NCBI GenBank assembly: GCA_963806225.1
Contig: CAWDXG010000004.1
Coordinates: 5,504,001-5,568,000, forward strand
Length of the DNA: 64,000 nucleotides
Source: an uncultured delta proteobacterium
GTDB taxonomy: Bacteria > Myxococcota_A > Polyangia > Polyangiales > Polyangiaceae
Reading direction: 5' to 3'
Below, piece after piece: positions 20,422-33,703 of the stretch. Within the stretch, counting starts at the first letter, position 1; each line of letters starts with the position of its first letter. The position numbers were made by a program, and so were the translations under genes. Below the pieces are notes generated by a model that was given only the letters and a program-made list of their open reading frames with translations, was not told the DNA's origin and did not search any database.

Positions 20422-21342
20422 ATGCGCAGAGTTCATGGAATCCTGGGAGCCACGGTCGCATCGATGGCACTGGCAGGGCTGCTTGTCGGTGGCTGCAGCA
20501 GTGACAGCAACAACGGCGGCACCGGCGGCACAGCCGGCACAGCCGGCACGGCCGGCACCGGTGGGGCGGCCGGCACCGGCGGCACAGCCGGCACCGGCGG
20601 CACAGCCGGGATGGACGGCGGTGGTGGAACGGCCGGCATGGACGGCGGCGCGGGCACCGGCGGCACGGCCGGGGGCGGCGGAACCGGCGGGGCGCCCGTG
20701 GATGCGGGACCGACCCTGACCGTTTCCGGGATGGTCTCGAACTCGAGCACCCACAAGGCCGTGGCGAACGTCCAGGTCTGTGTCACGTACCCAAAGCTGG
20801 CGCCGAAGCCCTGTACCACCACGGATTCGAACGGCCTCTACTCGCTCGCCGGCGTCCCGCAGCAGTGGGACGTCACGATCTCGTTCGACGCAGCCACCTA
20901 CGTCCCCGCCAACGTCTACGCGCACACCGGGGCGAACGACGTGACGTTCCCGCTGGACATGCTCACGGTCACTGCGGCTACGGGGTTCGCCACGTTGCTC
21001 GGCAAGACGTTCGACCCCACCAAGGGGCTCGTCTTCGCGGAGGCGAACACCCTCGTCGACGGCGGCCTCGCGGGCTTCCCGGGGGCGAGCTTCGCGCTGT
21101 CGCCCGCGAGCGGAGACGGGCCGTACTACGTGGACGGTAGCGGCGCTCCCAACAAGTCGCTCACCTCCACGAGTGTGGCGGGCATCGCCGCCTTCCTCAA
21201 CACGGCGCCGGGCAGCTACGACATGACGGTTCCGTCCACCAACTGCGCAGGGCCGAACAGCGGCTGGTCTCCGGCGGCCAACAAGGTGTCGCTGAAGACG
21301 ACCGCCGGACGGGCGTCGATCGTCGCCTTCTTCTGCCAGTAG
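20422..21342 (+). CDS. Lipoprotein with Gly/Thr/Ala linker and carboxypeptidase-regulatory-like beta-sandwich domain
   Basis: SD GAGGAG; lipobox VGGC; GTGGTAG repeats; VSGMV...TTTDSNGLYSLAGVP. Confidence 0.8.
   Translation: MRRVHGILGATVASMALAGLLVGGCSSDSNNGGTGGTAGTAGTAGTGGAAGTGGTAGTGGTAGMDGGGGTAGMDGGAGTGGTAGGGGTGGAPVDAGPTLTVSGMVSNSSTHKAVANVQVCVTYPKLAPKPCTTTDSNGLYSLAGVPQQWDVTISFDAATYVPANVYAHTGANDVTFPLDMLTVTAATGFATLLGKTFDPTKGLVFAEANTLVDGGLAGFPGASFALSPASGDGPYYVDGSGAPNKSLTSTSVAGIAAFLNTAPGSYDMTVPSTNCAGPNSGWSPAANKVSLKTTAGRASIVAFFCQ
20512..20690 (+). repeat. Coding low-complexity repeat (GTGGTAG/GMDGG units)
   Basis: Repeated ggcaccggcggcacagcc-like units encoding a Gly-rich linker. Confidence 0.8.
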
Positions 21343-21367
21343 GCGAGCGGGCGGCAGTCTAGAACGA

Positions 21368-21413
21368 GGGCCCGGCCTGGAACCGCGTTGCGAGCGGTTC
21401 CCGCGCCGGGCCC
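21368..21413. terminator. GC-rich hairpin between convergent genes (possible bidirectional terminator)
   Basis: GGGCCCGGC..GGAACCGC-loop-GCGGTTCC..GCCGGGCCC between the lipoprotein and secA stops; no clear U-tract. Confidence 0.5.
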
Positions 21414-21468
21414 GCTGGCGCCAGAGCGCGCCGTTCTGGACCCGATGCGTCGTCCCCCCGTCGTGATG

Positions 21469-24564
<3,096 letters not shown>

Positions 24565-24723
24565 CGCTTCCCGTTGTTCTCCGTTCAGCCGGCACCCGCG
24601 AACAGGACAAGAGGGGCGGCGGGGCCCGGCGAAGTCCAGGGAAGCTAATCCGCTCCGCCTTGTTGCGCCAGCGCCCTGAGCCCGACGATCGGGCTGCGGC
24701 GCAGGGAACGGGGTGCCGGATAG

Positions 24724-24744
24724 CTATTGAACATGATTCAATAG
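24724..24744. promoter_or_regulatory. AT-rich perfect inverted repeat CTATTGAA-N5-TTCAATAG (candidate transcription factor site)
   Basis: Seen directly in the NOX-secA intergenic region, about 160 bp upstream of the secA start. Confidence 0.6.
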
Positions 24745-24789
24745 TGCTGCGCTCGCTCCCAGGCCCATTGGCCGGCCGCGTCGGCCCAC

Positions 24790-26787
24790 CTAGAAGCGCT
24801 CTTCCCGGAACGGCATGCCGAGCTCCTCGCAGATCGGCCTGAGCCTGCGGCCCAGCCCGGGCGGACCACAGAAGAACACGTGGACGCGCTCCGGGTCGTG
24901 CTCGTCCTTGATGGCGCGGAGCTCCTGGCGCCAGTCGGGCTGACCCATGTGCGTCTTGGCGCGAAGGCCCGTGACGACATCCGGCAGCCCGGCGCCCTGC
25001 GACAGCTCCCGCGCGACTTCCAGTCCTGCCGCGCTCAAGCCGCCGCGGCCGCCGGTCATGTGGATGTGCAGGTCGAGCAGCTGTGCGGAGTCGCTCTGCT
25101 CGAGCTCGGCGAGCAGAGCCGCGAACCACTCGAACGAGTACTGATCGCGATTCAGCCAGAAGAAGTGCGCCTTCTCGATGGCTGCGGGCGCCTCACCCTG
25201 CCGCCCGCGGTGCAGGATGCTCTCCAGCACGCTCGCAAAGGGGGTCACGCCAATGCCCGCGCCGATCATCACGGCGTAGCGCGCCTCGAAGATGTGTCCG
25301 GTCGGCGCTCCGTAGGGCCCGTCGATGCGCACCGGCAGCGGCGCGGCGTCGCTGTTGGCCGTCCAGGTCTCGATCAGCCGGCGCAGCGCTCCCGTCCAGT
25401 TGCCGAGCGAGCGGACATGGAGCGTGAGCCGCTGGCTTTCCGGCGCGCTGCTGATCGTGAAGGGATGCCATTCGTGACGCGCCAGATCGGGGACGCGAAG
25501 GAATAGATAGTCGCCGGCCAGCTGCACGAACTCTGCGGGCCGGGCGAGCTCGAGCCGCGTGACGCCGGAGCGCAGCGCTTCGCCGCTGATGATGGCGCTG
25601 GGCTTGGCGCGCTGTCTGATCCGGAGCCACTGCTCGATCGCGAAGCCGGCCAGCGCTACGCCGCCCCACGCGAGGATCGACGGCGCATGTACGGCCGCCA
25701 GCACGATGAACGGCACGTACAGAAGGTGCGTGAAATAGAAAAGCTCGAAGCGATGGGAGCGGCGCACCGCTGTCCGCGCGAAAAACCACATCACCAGGAA
25801 GATGACCAGCAGCGTTGCGCCGGTGAGCCCTTCGAGCGAGAGCATGCGGGCTGCGAATTTCCCGCTCTCTTCGTAGCCGACCATGCGCGCCGTGGCGTGA
25901 CCGATCGCGAAGACGAACATGCTCGTGCCCACGATGCGGTGGAAGTCGATGGCGTCGTCGACCGGGATGGATTGGCCGGCGCGGCTGCGGCGGACCCGGG
26001 TGAGCAGGCGGCGCAACACCGGGAACAGCAGCAGCGCCGCGTTCAGCTCGATGGCGGTCGTGCAGGCGCCGCCGAACTTCTGCAGCAGATCCGGCGGAGG
26101 GCGGCCGTGGTGCGCGTGCCCTGGCAGGAGCAGCGTGACGGCGAAGATCGCCACGTTCACCAGCGCCCATATCGAGATGTACGCCAGCGGGAGCCGGCGG
26201 TTTTCGAAGTAGCGACGCAGTCGCTCCCGGCGGCCCGGAAGCTCCCCGCCGAAGCGTTCGAGCAGGTCCTCGTTCGGTGCGATCCAGCGCGCCTCGCTGC
26301 GCGTCATCTGCTCGAACAGATGCGGATGCCGCTGCACGACTGCTTCGAACTCGTCGAAGGATAGGCGCTGATCGCGATTCTGGTCCGCCTCGGACATCAG
26401 GGTGTCGGTGAGATGTTCGACGTGCGCGTCGCTCACCGACACGTCGTCTTCCGCCAGACTGATGGCGATCATCCGCATCAGTTCGTCGCGCTCCAGCGCG
26501 CCGTCGCCGTTGTGGTCATGCAGGCGGAACGCGAACCAGAGCTTGTCATGCGTCGTGCCGAACACGATCGCGCGCACGCTCGCCAGGAACTCCTCGCGGC
26601 TGATCACGCCGTCGCCGTTCTCGTCGAAGATCGCCAGCATGCGCTGGGCGAGGTAGTCGCTCCGGAGCCCCAGGGCTGCCTTCAGCGCCCCGATGTTGAT
26701 CGCGCCGGCCTCCCCGGCATGCTGCGCGAACGCGCGCTCCAGCGTTTCGACGAGCCGCGCGTCCATCAAGGATATTCGCTGTTTCAT
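24790..26787 (-). CDS. EF-hand-containing NADPH oxidase (NOX5-like)
   Basis: EF-hands DENGDGVISREE, DHNGDGALERDE, DQNRDQRLSFDE; haem His pairs FHRIVG...GHAT and FTHLL...VHAP; HPFTISS; IDGPYG; GAGIGVTP; FFCGP; C-terminal FREERF. Confidence 0.9.
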   Translation of the reverse strand: MKQRISLMDARLVETLERAFAQHAGEAGAINIGALKAALGLRSDYLAQRMLAIFDENGDGVISREEFLASVRAIVFGTTHDKLWFAFRLHDHNGDGALERDELMRMIAISLAEDDVSVSDAHVEHLTDTLMSEADQNRDQRLSFDEFEAVVQRHPHLFEQMTRSEARWIAPNEDLLERFGGELPGRRERLRRYFENRRLPLAYISIWALVNVAIFAVTLLLPGHAHHGRPPPDLLQKFGGACTTAIELNAALLLFPVLRRLLTRVRRSRAGQSIPVDDAIDFHRIVGTSMFVFAIGHATARMVGYEESGKFAARMLSLEGLTGATLLVIFLVMWFFARTAVRRSHRFELFYFTHLLYVPFIVLAAVHAPSILAWGGVALAGFAIEQWLRIRQRAKPSAIISGEALRSGVTRLELARPAEFVQLAGDYLFLRVPDLARHEWHPFTISSAPESQRLTLHVRSLGNWTGALRRLIETWTANSDAAPLPVRIDGPYGAPTGHIFEARYAVMIGAGIGVTPFASVLESILHRGRQGEAPAAIEKAHFFWLNRDQYSFEWFAALLAELEQSDSAQLLDLHIHMTGGRGGLSAAGLEVARELSQGAGLPDVVTGLRAKTHMGQPDWRQELRAIKDEHDPERVHVFFCGPPGLGRRLRPICEELGMPFREERF

Positions 26788-26892
26788 GAAGGCGTGCGCA
26801 CGATAGCCGGAACACGGACCTTGTGGTCCAGCACACAGCGGTGGGCGTATATTCCCTGACGGCGTTGGCGGGGGGCTGGATGCCGCGGGTCG

Positions 26893-27372
26893 CTACTTGT
26901 CCCGTGCCCGGAGGCGGGACTGCTGGCGGGCTTCTGCTTCGGCGAAGGCCTGCCGCTCCTCGTCGGTCTCGAGGACGAGGCGCGGGACGGGGCAGGGATG
27001 GCCCGCGTCGTCGAGGGCGACGTAGACGAGGTTGGCGGAGTTGGTGTGCGTGGTCTCGCCGGTGATGGGGTTTTCGGCCTGCACCCGCACGCGGACCTCG
27101 ACCGAGGTGCGCCCGACGTAGCTGACGTTGGATTCGCAGCTGAGCAGCTCGCCGACATGGACCGGCGAATGGAATGTCATGGAGTCCATGGCGACGGTCA
27201 CGCAGGGACGCTGCGCGTGGCGCATGGCGCAGATGCCGCCGGACTCGTCGACCATCTTCATGATCAGGCCGCCGTGGACGTTGCCGAGCGCGTTGGCGTG
27301 CTCCGGCAGCATGAGCTGGTGCAAGGTTACCCGCGAGCTCCGGACGGGCTTGGCTTCGGGAAGGGGTGTCAT
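26893..27372 (-). CDS. Acyl-CoA thioesterase (hotdog fold, YciA-like)
   Basis: MLPEHANALGNVHGG, VTVAMDSMTFHSPVHVG, VGRTSVEV motifs. Confidence 0.9.
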   Translation of the reverse strand: MTPLPEAKPVRSSRVTLHQLMLPEHANALGNVHGGLIMKMVDESGGICAMRHAQRPCVTVAMDSMTFHSPVHVGELLSCESNVSYVGRTSVEVRVRVQAENPITGETTHTNSANLVYVALDDAGHPCPVPRLVLETDEERQAFAEAEARQQSRLRARDK

Positions 27373-27537
27373 CGGAGGACACGCTAGCGATGTCCGGCGC
27401 GGGATGCGTGGTTTCCGCGGAGGCCCGGCGCGCCGGGCCGGTGACCGGGTGGTGCTTTTCCTGGGTTTGTTCGGTGAGTTGCGCGCGAGGCCGGCCGTGC
27501 CGGCCTGGCGCGTGCTAAGCCCGGGAGGCTCGGCAGC

Positions 27538-29215
27538 ATGGACCTCCTGTACTTCATTGTCCTCATCAGCTCGCTGATCTTCGTTCACGAGCTGGGGCAC
27601 TTCCTGTTCGCCAAGGCCTTCGGCGTGAAGGTGCTCACGTTCAGCCTCGGCTTCGGGCCGAAGATCCTGCGTCTGCGTGGGCGCGAGACGGAGTACTGCA
27701 TCGGCCTCCTTCCGCTGGGCGGCTACGTCAAGATGCTCGAGGAGTCGAAGAGCGACATCGTGCTGCCGGAGGACCGGAAGCGCACCTTCGAGTCGCTGCC
27801 GCTCTACAAGCGCATCATCATCGTGCTGGCCGGTCCGGTGATGAACCTCGTGTTCCCGGTGCTGCTCTACTTCTCGGTGTTCGTCGGTGACGGACCGTTT
27901 CTGCCGCCCACCGTCGGCGTCGTCCTGCCGGGTCACGCGGCGTCGGGCAAGCTCGAGCCGGGCGACCGCATCATGGCGGTCAACGGGCAGGAGGTCGGTA
28001 CCTTCGACGAGGTCAAGCGCATCGTCGCCGACAGCCCGGGCAAGCCGCTGCACTTCAAGGTGTTCCGCGACGACAAGTACACGACCGTCGACGTGACCGC
28101 CGAGGAGACGGTCGAGCGGCGCGAGCTCGACATCGTGGAGCACGTGGGCACCGTCGGCATCCAGCCGAGCGCGCCGGCCGCCGGTGATCGGCATTCCAGA
28201 CCCGGATTCGCCGGCCTACCGCGCAGGGCTCCGCACCTTCGACGTGGTGACGCACGTCGCGGGCAAGCGCGTCCGCCGCTACATGGATCTGGTCGAGGCG
28301 CTCAAGCACAACCACGGCGAGACGGTTCCGGTAACGTACCTGCGCCCCGTGGTGATGCCGGACGCGCTCGGCGGGCTCGCCGACATGGGCGTCTTCGAGG
28401 CGGGCGTGGTGGCGCTCACGCCGGATCCGTCGGGAAAGGACTTCGTGGGGCGTACCGGCATCGAGCTCGCCGATCTGTACGCGGCGATCGTTCCCGAGGA
28501 TTCCTACCTGCACAAGGCGGGGCTTCGCGAGGGCGACAAGATCCTCAAGCTCGACGACGAGCCGGTACCGGCCTGGTCGACCTTCCGCGAGCGCGTGCTG
28601 GCGGCGCCGAACCAGCCGCATCGCATCGACTATCTGGCGGCGCGCGACGGGCGCGTGCGCTCGGGCACGTTCCAGATGCGGCGCGAGGACTTCACCGACG
28701 AGTACGGGCAGAAGTTCGCGCGCTACGTGCTGCGTGTGCAGCACTGGATCCCGCTTGCGCCGGAAAAGCGCGTCGAACATCCGGCGCCGATCCGTTACGC
28801 GGCCGAGAAGGCGGTCGACGAGACGATCAACGTCTCCCACTTCATCATGGTGGGCATCGTGCGGCTGGTGGAGGGCCGCATCAGCCTCAAGTCGCTGTCG
28901 GGGCCCATCACCATCTACGAGGTCGCGGGCGAGGAAGGCCGCAAAGGCACCGACTACTTCATCTGGGTGATGGCCGTTATCAGCATCAACCTGGGGCTCC
29001 TGAATCTGCTGCCGATCCCGGTGCTGGACGGCGGGCATCTCTTGTTCTTCGCCATCGAGGGCGCGCTGCGCCGTCCCCTGCCGCTGCGCGTCCGGGAGGT
29101 GGCGCACCTGGTGGGCATGGTGTTGCTCGTGAGCCTGATGGCGCTCGCGTTCAAGAACGATATCCAGAAGCGCTGGGACGTGATCTGGGGACAGGTGCAC
29201 GATCTCATCGGCTGA
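27538..29215 (+). CDS. rseP: RIP metalloprotease RseP with PDZ domains (apparent +1 frameshift near 28182)
   Basis: HELGH, PLGGYVKM, LAGPVMN in the first frame; SGPI and NLLPIPVLDGGH in ORF 28184..29215; SD GGAGG. Confidence 0.9.
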
Positions 29216-29223
29216 CGGCGGCT

Positions 29224-30534
29224 ATGTCCGGGAAGAAACGTGATCCGAGTGGCGCAGACGCGCGCAGCATCGCGGCGCGGGTGCTCTCCCGTGTCAGCCG
29301 CGACAAGGCCTATGCCGCCGCCGCGCTGGACGCGGAGCTCGACCGCCACCCGCAGCTCGACGCACGCGAGCGCGCGCTGGCGACCGAGCTCTGCTACGGC
29401 TGCCTCCGCTGCCGCGGCGCACTGCTGGAGCGGCTGCGGGCGTTTGCGCCGCGCGGAATCGCAGGCGGCGACCCGGAGGTGGAAGCGCATCTGCTGGTCG
29501 CCGCGTACCAGCTCTCGGTGCTGTCCAGGGTGCCGGACTTCGCGGCTGTCGACGCGGCGGTTGGCGCAATCAAGAAGCTGCGCGGGCCGAAGCTCGGCGG
29601 TTTTGCCAACGCGGTGCTGCGCAAGCTCGCCGCGGGAGAGAAGCTCGAGCGGAGCGAAGCGGTGCTCGCGAGTGCGCCCGCGTGGCTTCGCGAGCGGCTG
29701 GAGCAGGCGGTGGGCGTCGACGAGGCGCGGGCACTGCTCGGAGCCGAGCCCGAAGCCGCAGCGCCGGGTGTCGCGCTCCGCCTCGTCGGAACCGGCGAGC
29801 TGCCTGGATGGCTCGCGGGTGCCGAAGCCGGACGCGCATCGCCACGGTCGCGCATCGTCCGGCGTGTGGGCGATCCGCGCCGTCTAGCCGGCTACGCCGA
29901 AGGCGCGTTCGTGGTCCAGGAAGAGGGCGCGCAGGTCGTGGGGCTCGCGCTCGGAGCGCGCGAGGGCGAGCGCGTTCTCGACGCGTGCGCGGGGCGCGGG
30001 CAGAAAAGTTCGCTCCTCGCCGAGCAGGTGGGAGCGGCAGGCGAGCTCTGGGCGACCGACATCCACAGCTCGAAGCTGCGCGCCCTCGCGGCCGAGCTTG
30101 AACGGCTCGGTCTGCCCGCGGCCCACACCCTGGCCGTGGACTGGACGGTGGGAGGCGGCGAGGTGCCCGGCGACTTCGACCGCGTCCTGGTGGACGCGCC
30201 ATGTACCGGCACCGGCACGCTGCGTCGCCGCCCCGAGATCGCACTGCGGCTGGAACCTGGCGACCCGGCGCGGCTCGGCGAGCTGTCCGCACGCATCCTG
30301 GAACACGCCGCATCCCACGCCCGGCCGGGCGGGCGCGTCCTGTTCGCCGTGTGCAGCGTGTTGCCGGAGGAGGCCGAGCAGGTTGTCGAGCGTGTGGCCC
30401 ATCTGCTCGAGCCCGCGCCCTTCGACGCGCCCGGGCTCGACGGCGTGTGCGAGCCCGGAGCCACCTCGTTCCGGCTTCTGCCGGGGCGGCACGGCACGGA
30501 TGGCTACTTCGTGGCGTCGTTCGTGCGGCGCTAG
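29224..30534 (+). CDS. rsmB: RsmB/NOL1-family RNA m5C methyltransferase with NusB-like N-terminus
   Basis: ALATELCYG, GFANAVLR, VQEEG, VLDACAGRGQKS, LVDAPCTGTGTLRRRPE, CSV, DGYF; last 436 aa of ORF 27538..30534. Confidence 0.85.
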   Translation: MSGKKRDPSGADARSIAARVLSRVSRDKAYAAAALDAELDRHPQLDARERALATELCYGCLRCRGALLERLRAFAPRGIAGGDPEVEAHLLVAAYQLSVLSRVPDFAAVDAAVGAIKKLRGPKLGGFANAVLRKLAAGEKLERSEAVLASAPAWLRERLEQAVGVDEARALLGAEPEAAAPGVALRLVGTGELPGWLAGAEAGRASPRSRIVRRVGDPRRLAGYAEGAFVVQEEGAQVVGLALGAREGERVLDACAGRGQKSSLLAEQVGAAGELWATDIHSSKLRALAAELERLGLPAAHTLAVDWTVGGGEVPGDFDRVLVDAPCTGTGTLRRRPEIALRLEPGDPARLGELSARILEHAASHARPGGRVLFAVCSVLPEEAEQVVERVAHLLEPAPFDAPGLDGVCEPGATSFRLLPGRHGTDGYFVASFVRR

Positions 30535-30536
30535 CG

Positions 30537-30824
30537 CTACTTCATCAGCTCGTCGCAGGCGCCGAGATCCCCGGCCGTTTCGGCGTGCATCACGCAACGA
30601 TAGGCTGACTGCGTGGCCTTTCCGAGGCAGGCGTCCACGCCAGCGCGCTCGCCGACCTGCTCGGCCATCTCCAGTCCGCTGGTGCCGGCGCTCCTGAGCC
30701 GGTGTTCCTTGCGGACCAGATCCACACACTGGTGTCGGGTCAGTTCGGTGGCCGCCGGCTTGCCTTTGCAGGAAGCGACAGCGGGCGGGAGGGCGAGGGC
30801 GAGCAGGATCGGGGCGAGGCGCAT
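30537..30824 (-). CDS. Small Cys-containing lipoprotein
   Basis: Signal peptide with VASC lipobox and four further Cys; TACGCT hexamer 8 nt upstream. Confidence 0.7.
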   Translation of the reverse strand: MRLAPILLALALPPAVASCKGKPAATELTRHQCVDLVRKEHRLRSAGTSGLEMAEQVGERAGVDACLGKATQSAYRCVMHAETAGDLGACDELMK

Positions 30825-30903
30825 GATCCCCTAGCGTACCGCGTCCTTTCTCCCTCGTCGCGGCGGCTTGCGTCCGGGCCCGGAACGCGCGAAACGATCG
30901 GGC

Positions 30904-31797
30904 ATGGCAAAGCTCGAGCTCGGCGGCGCGTACACCGCGCTGGTCACTCCCTTCACCGAAGACGGCTCCGCGATCGATTTCGAGGCCTACGAGAAGCTCG
31001 TCGAGGCGCAGATCGCCGGCGGCATCTCGGGGCTCGTGCCGTGCGGCACGACCGGCGAGACGCCGACGCTCTCCGACAGCGAGCAGCGCGAGCTGGTGAA
31101 GCGCACGGTGGGCGCCGCCAAGGGACGCGTGCCCGTGCTCGTCGGCACCGGCTCGAACAGCACCAAGAAGAGCATCGAGGCGTCGAAGGCGGCGCTCGAG
31201 GCCGGCGCGGACGCCGTGATGATCGTGATGCCGTACTACAACAAGCCGTCGCAGGAAGGCATGGTGCGGCACGTCGAGCTGATCGCGAAGGCCGTCGACG
31301 CGCCGATCGTGCTCTACAACATCCCTGGGCGTTCGGGCGTGGAGCTGTCGGTGGCGAGCCTGCTCCGTATCCTCGACAGCTCGCCGGGCGTGGTGGGCGT
31401 GAAGGACGCGACCGGCAACGTGCAGAGCTGTCAGCAGCTGCTCTCCAAGGCCGGCGACCGTGTGGTCGTGATGAGCGGCGACGACCCGCTCACGCTGCCG
31501 ATGATGAGCGTGGGTGCAAGAGGCGTGATCAGTGTGACCTCCAACGTGTATCCGAAGCAGGTCTTGGAGGTCGTCGCCGACGCCGCCGCGGGCCGCTGGG
31601 ACGACGCGCGCAGGAAGCACTTCGCACTGCTGCCTGTTCACGCGGCCATGTTCATTGAACCCAATCCGCAGCCGGTGAAGGCGGCCCTCTCCCTCGAAGG
31701 CTTCCTGCGCGCGACGGTGCGCCCGCCGATGATCGAGGCGAGCGAGGCGTGCCGGAGCGCCGTGGCCCAGGCCATGAAGGACTACGAGGCCTCGTGA
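30904..31797 (+). CDS. dapA: 4-hydroxy-tetrahydrodipicolinate synthase
   Basis: ALVTPF, GTTGE, PYYNKPSQEG, YNIPGR, VKDATG, SGDD, PNPQPVK. Confidence 0.96.
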   Translation: MAKLELGGAYTALVTPFTEDGSAIDFEAYEKLVEAQIAGGISGLVPCGTTGETPTLSDSEQRELVKRTVGAAKGRVPVLVGTGSNSTKKSIEASKAALEAGADAVMIVMPYYNKPSQEGMVRHVELIAKAVDAPIVLYNIPGRSGVELSVASLLRILDSSPGVVGVKDATGNVQSCQQLLSKAGDRVVVMSGDDPLTLPMMSVGARGVISVTSNVYPKQVLEVVADAAAGRWDDARRKHFALLPVHAAMFIEPNPQPVKAALSLEGFLRATVRPPMIEASEACRSAVAQAMKDYEAS

Positions 31798-32579
31798 AGC
31801 TCGCTCTGCACGGCGCCACGGGGCGCATGGGCCTCACCATCGCGCGGCTCGCACACGCGGCGGACGACATCCAGCTGGTCGGCGCGGTGTGCTCCAGCGT
31901 GGATCCGAAACAGGGAGCGGACGTCGGCGAGCTCGCAGGCGTGGGCACGCTCGGCGTGATCGCGACGGCGGATCTCGGCGCGGGGCTGCTGGGTGCGGAC
32001 GTGGTGATCGATTTCTCGGCGGCCACCGCGGTGCCCGGGCTGATGGCCGTCGCCGCGCGGCAGAAGGTCGCCGTCGTCAGCGGCACGACCCACCTCGACG
32101 CGGCCGGCAAGCAGGCGCTCGACAAGGCCGCCGCGGCAGTGCCGGTACTGTGGGCACCGAACATGAGCCTGGGCGTGCAGGTGCTCGCCGAGCTGGTCGA
32201 GCAGGCTCTGAAACGGCTCGGCCCGGGGTACGACGCGGAGATCGTCGAGATCCACCATCGTCGCAAGGTGGACGCGCCGAGCGGCACGGCGCGCCGGCTG
32301 GCCGAGGCGGTGAAAAGCGTGCGCGGCGAGCTCACCGAGCTGCACGGCCGCGACGGCGAAGTCGGCGCGCGTACCCAGGACGAGATTGCCGTGTTCGGCG
32401 TGCGTGGCGGTGACGTGGTCGGCGATCACACCGTGTACCTGCTCGGTCCGGGCGAACGTCTGGAGCTCACCCATCGCGCTAGCAGTCGCGAGCTGTTCGC
32501 GCATGGCTCGCTCAGTGCCGCGCGCTTCGTCCAGGGGCAAGAGCCCGGGCTCTACACGATTGCCGACGTGCTGGGGTAG
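31794..32579 (+). CDS. dapB: 4-hydroxy-tetrahydrodipicolinate reductase
   Basis: GATGRMG, IDFS, APNMSLG, EIHHRRKVDAPSGTA, RGGDVVGDH; GTGA overlap with dapA. Confidence 0.96.
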   Translation: MKLALHGATGRMGLTIARLAHAADDIQLVGAVCSSVDPKQGADVGELAGVGTLGVIATADLGAGLLGADVVIDFSAATAVPGLMAVAARQKVAVVSGTTHLDAAGKQALDKAAAAVPVLWAPNMSLGVQVLAELVEQALKRLGPGYDAEIVEIHHRRKVDAPSGTARRLAEAVKSVRGELTELHGRDGEVGARTQDEIAVFGVRGGDVVGDHTVYLLGPGERLELTHRASSRELFAHGSLSAARFVQGQEPGLYTIADVLG

Positions 32580-32584
32580 GGGGC

Positions 32585-33637
32585 ATGCGGGGTCGCGTTG
32601 TCGGCGTCTGGTCGGCTGTTGCCGTGCTCGGGCTGGCCGGCATCGCTGCCTGCGGCGGACCTCGGCCCGCCGCCGCGCCGCCCGTCGTGACCGTCGGCGT
32701 GCCAGCGCCCGCGCCCAGCGCAAGCTCGGGCCCCGCGACGCCGGAGGATCCGGCGCTGGTTGCTCGATTGGCCTTCCAGCACAATCTGGAACGGACCCTC
32801 GCCGCGGCGCGCGACGCGGGTTGGGTCGAGAACCGGCGGGTCGTCATCCCCGGTCACAACGCCGTGCTGGTGGTGTACGAGCCGACGCCCGACAAGGCGC
32901 AGGCCATGGTAGAGCAGCGCGTCGACGCGATCGGCGCTGCTCCGGACAACGTCATCAGCCGCGAGAGCGGCATGATCGAAGTGAGCCGCACGCACCAGGG
33001 CAAGCTCTTGTGGGATCTGCGCGGCAGGGGCGCACACTCCCTGCTGGTCGAGCTCACGCCCTGCGGTGCCCACTGCGGCATCCCCGAGACGCTGGTGCTC
33101 GACCTCACCGACGATCGCTTCAGCGTGTCGGCGTCGGCGCCGGCGTGCCCCACCTGCCGCCATGATCTGGACGGCGACGGTATCCCGGAGTTCGACTTCC
33201 CGCTGCTCCAGCTGTCGATCGGCCCCTGCTCGTACGCTTCCTGCGGAAACAGCTACGCGCTCGAGGTGGAAGTGCAGGGCTACGAGTCCTGGGACGGCCA
33301 ACGCTTCGCGAAGAACCTGGCGCTGTTCAAGCCGCTCTACGGAAAGGCCCTCGAAAAAGCGCGCGGGGAGGCTAAAAAGCTCGCTTCCTCGTCGAAGGCC
33401 GGCGTGTGTCCGACCGACGCGCTGCGCGTCGCGGGGGAGCTGTACGCCTACGGGCGGCTCACGGGGCAGTCCGCCGGCACGGCGCTCGCCGCGGCCGACG
33501 CGGTCATGTCCGGCTACTCGATGAAGCCGTGCACGAAGCAGCACGATCTGCTCGCCGGTCCGAAGACCTGGCGCGTGCTGCGCAGTGAACTGTCGAAGAC
33601 ACGCCTGCCCGCGCTCGACGCAAAGCGCGCAAAGTAG
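32585..33637 (+). CDS. Hypothetical lipoprotein
   Basis: Lipobox IAAC, Pro/Ala linker, paired Cys, DLDGDGIPE Ca-binding-like loop. Confidence 0.72.
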   Translation: MRGRVVGVWSAVAVLGLAGIAACGGPRPAAAPPVVTVGVPAPAPSASSGPATPEDPALVARLAFQHNLERTLAAARDAGWVENRRVVIPGHNAVLVVYEPTPDKAQAMVEQRVDAIGAAPDNVISRESGMIEVSRTHQGKLLWDLRGRGAHSLLVELTPCGAHCGIPETLVLDLTDDRFSVSASAPACPTCRHDLDGDGIPEFDFPLLQLSIGPCSYASCGNSYALEVEVQGYESWDGQRFAKNLALFKPLYGKALEKARGEAKKLASSSKAGVCPTDALRVAGELYAYGRLTGQSAGTALAAADAVMSGYSMKPCTKQHDLLAGPKTWRVLRSELSKTRLPALDAKRAK

Positions 33638-33703
33638 CGCCGCCGGGGTCGGTGCGCCGCGCCGCGCACGCGGGCGGCGGGCAAACCCGACCGACGAGCA
33701 CGG

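Noticed and set aside
27538..30534. 998-aa RseP-RsmB fusion shown in the ORF track
   Set aside because: Artefact of a +1 frameshift: the RseP C-terminus lies in ORF 28184..29215 and RsmB has its own ATG at 29224.
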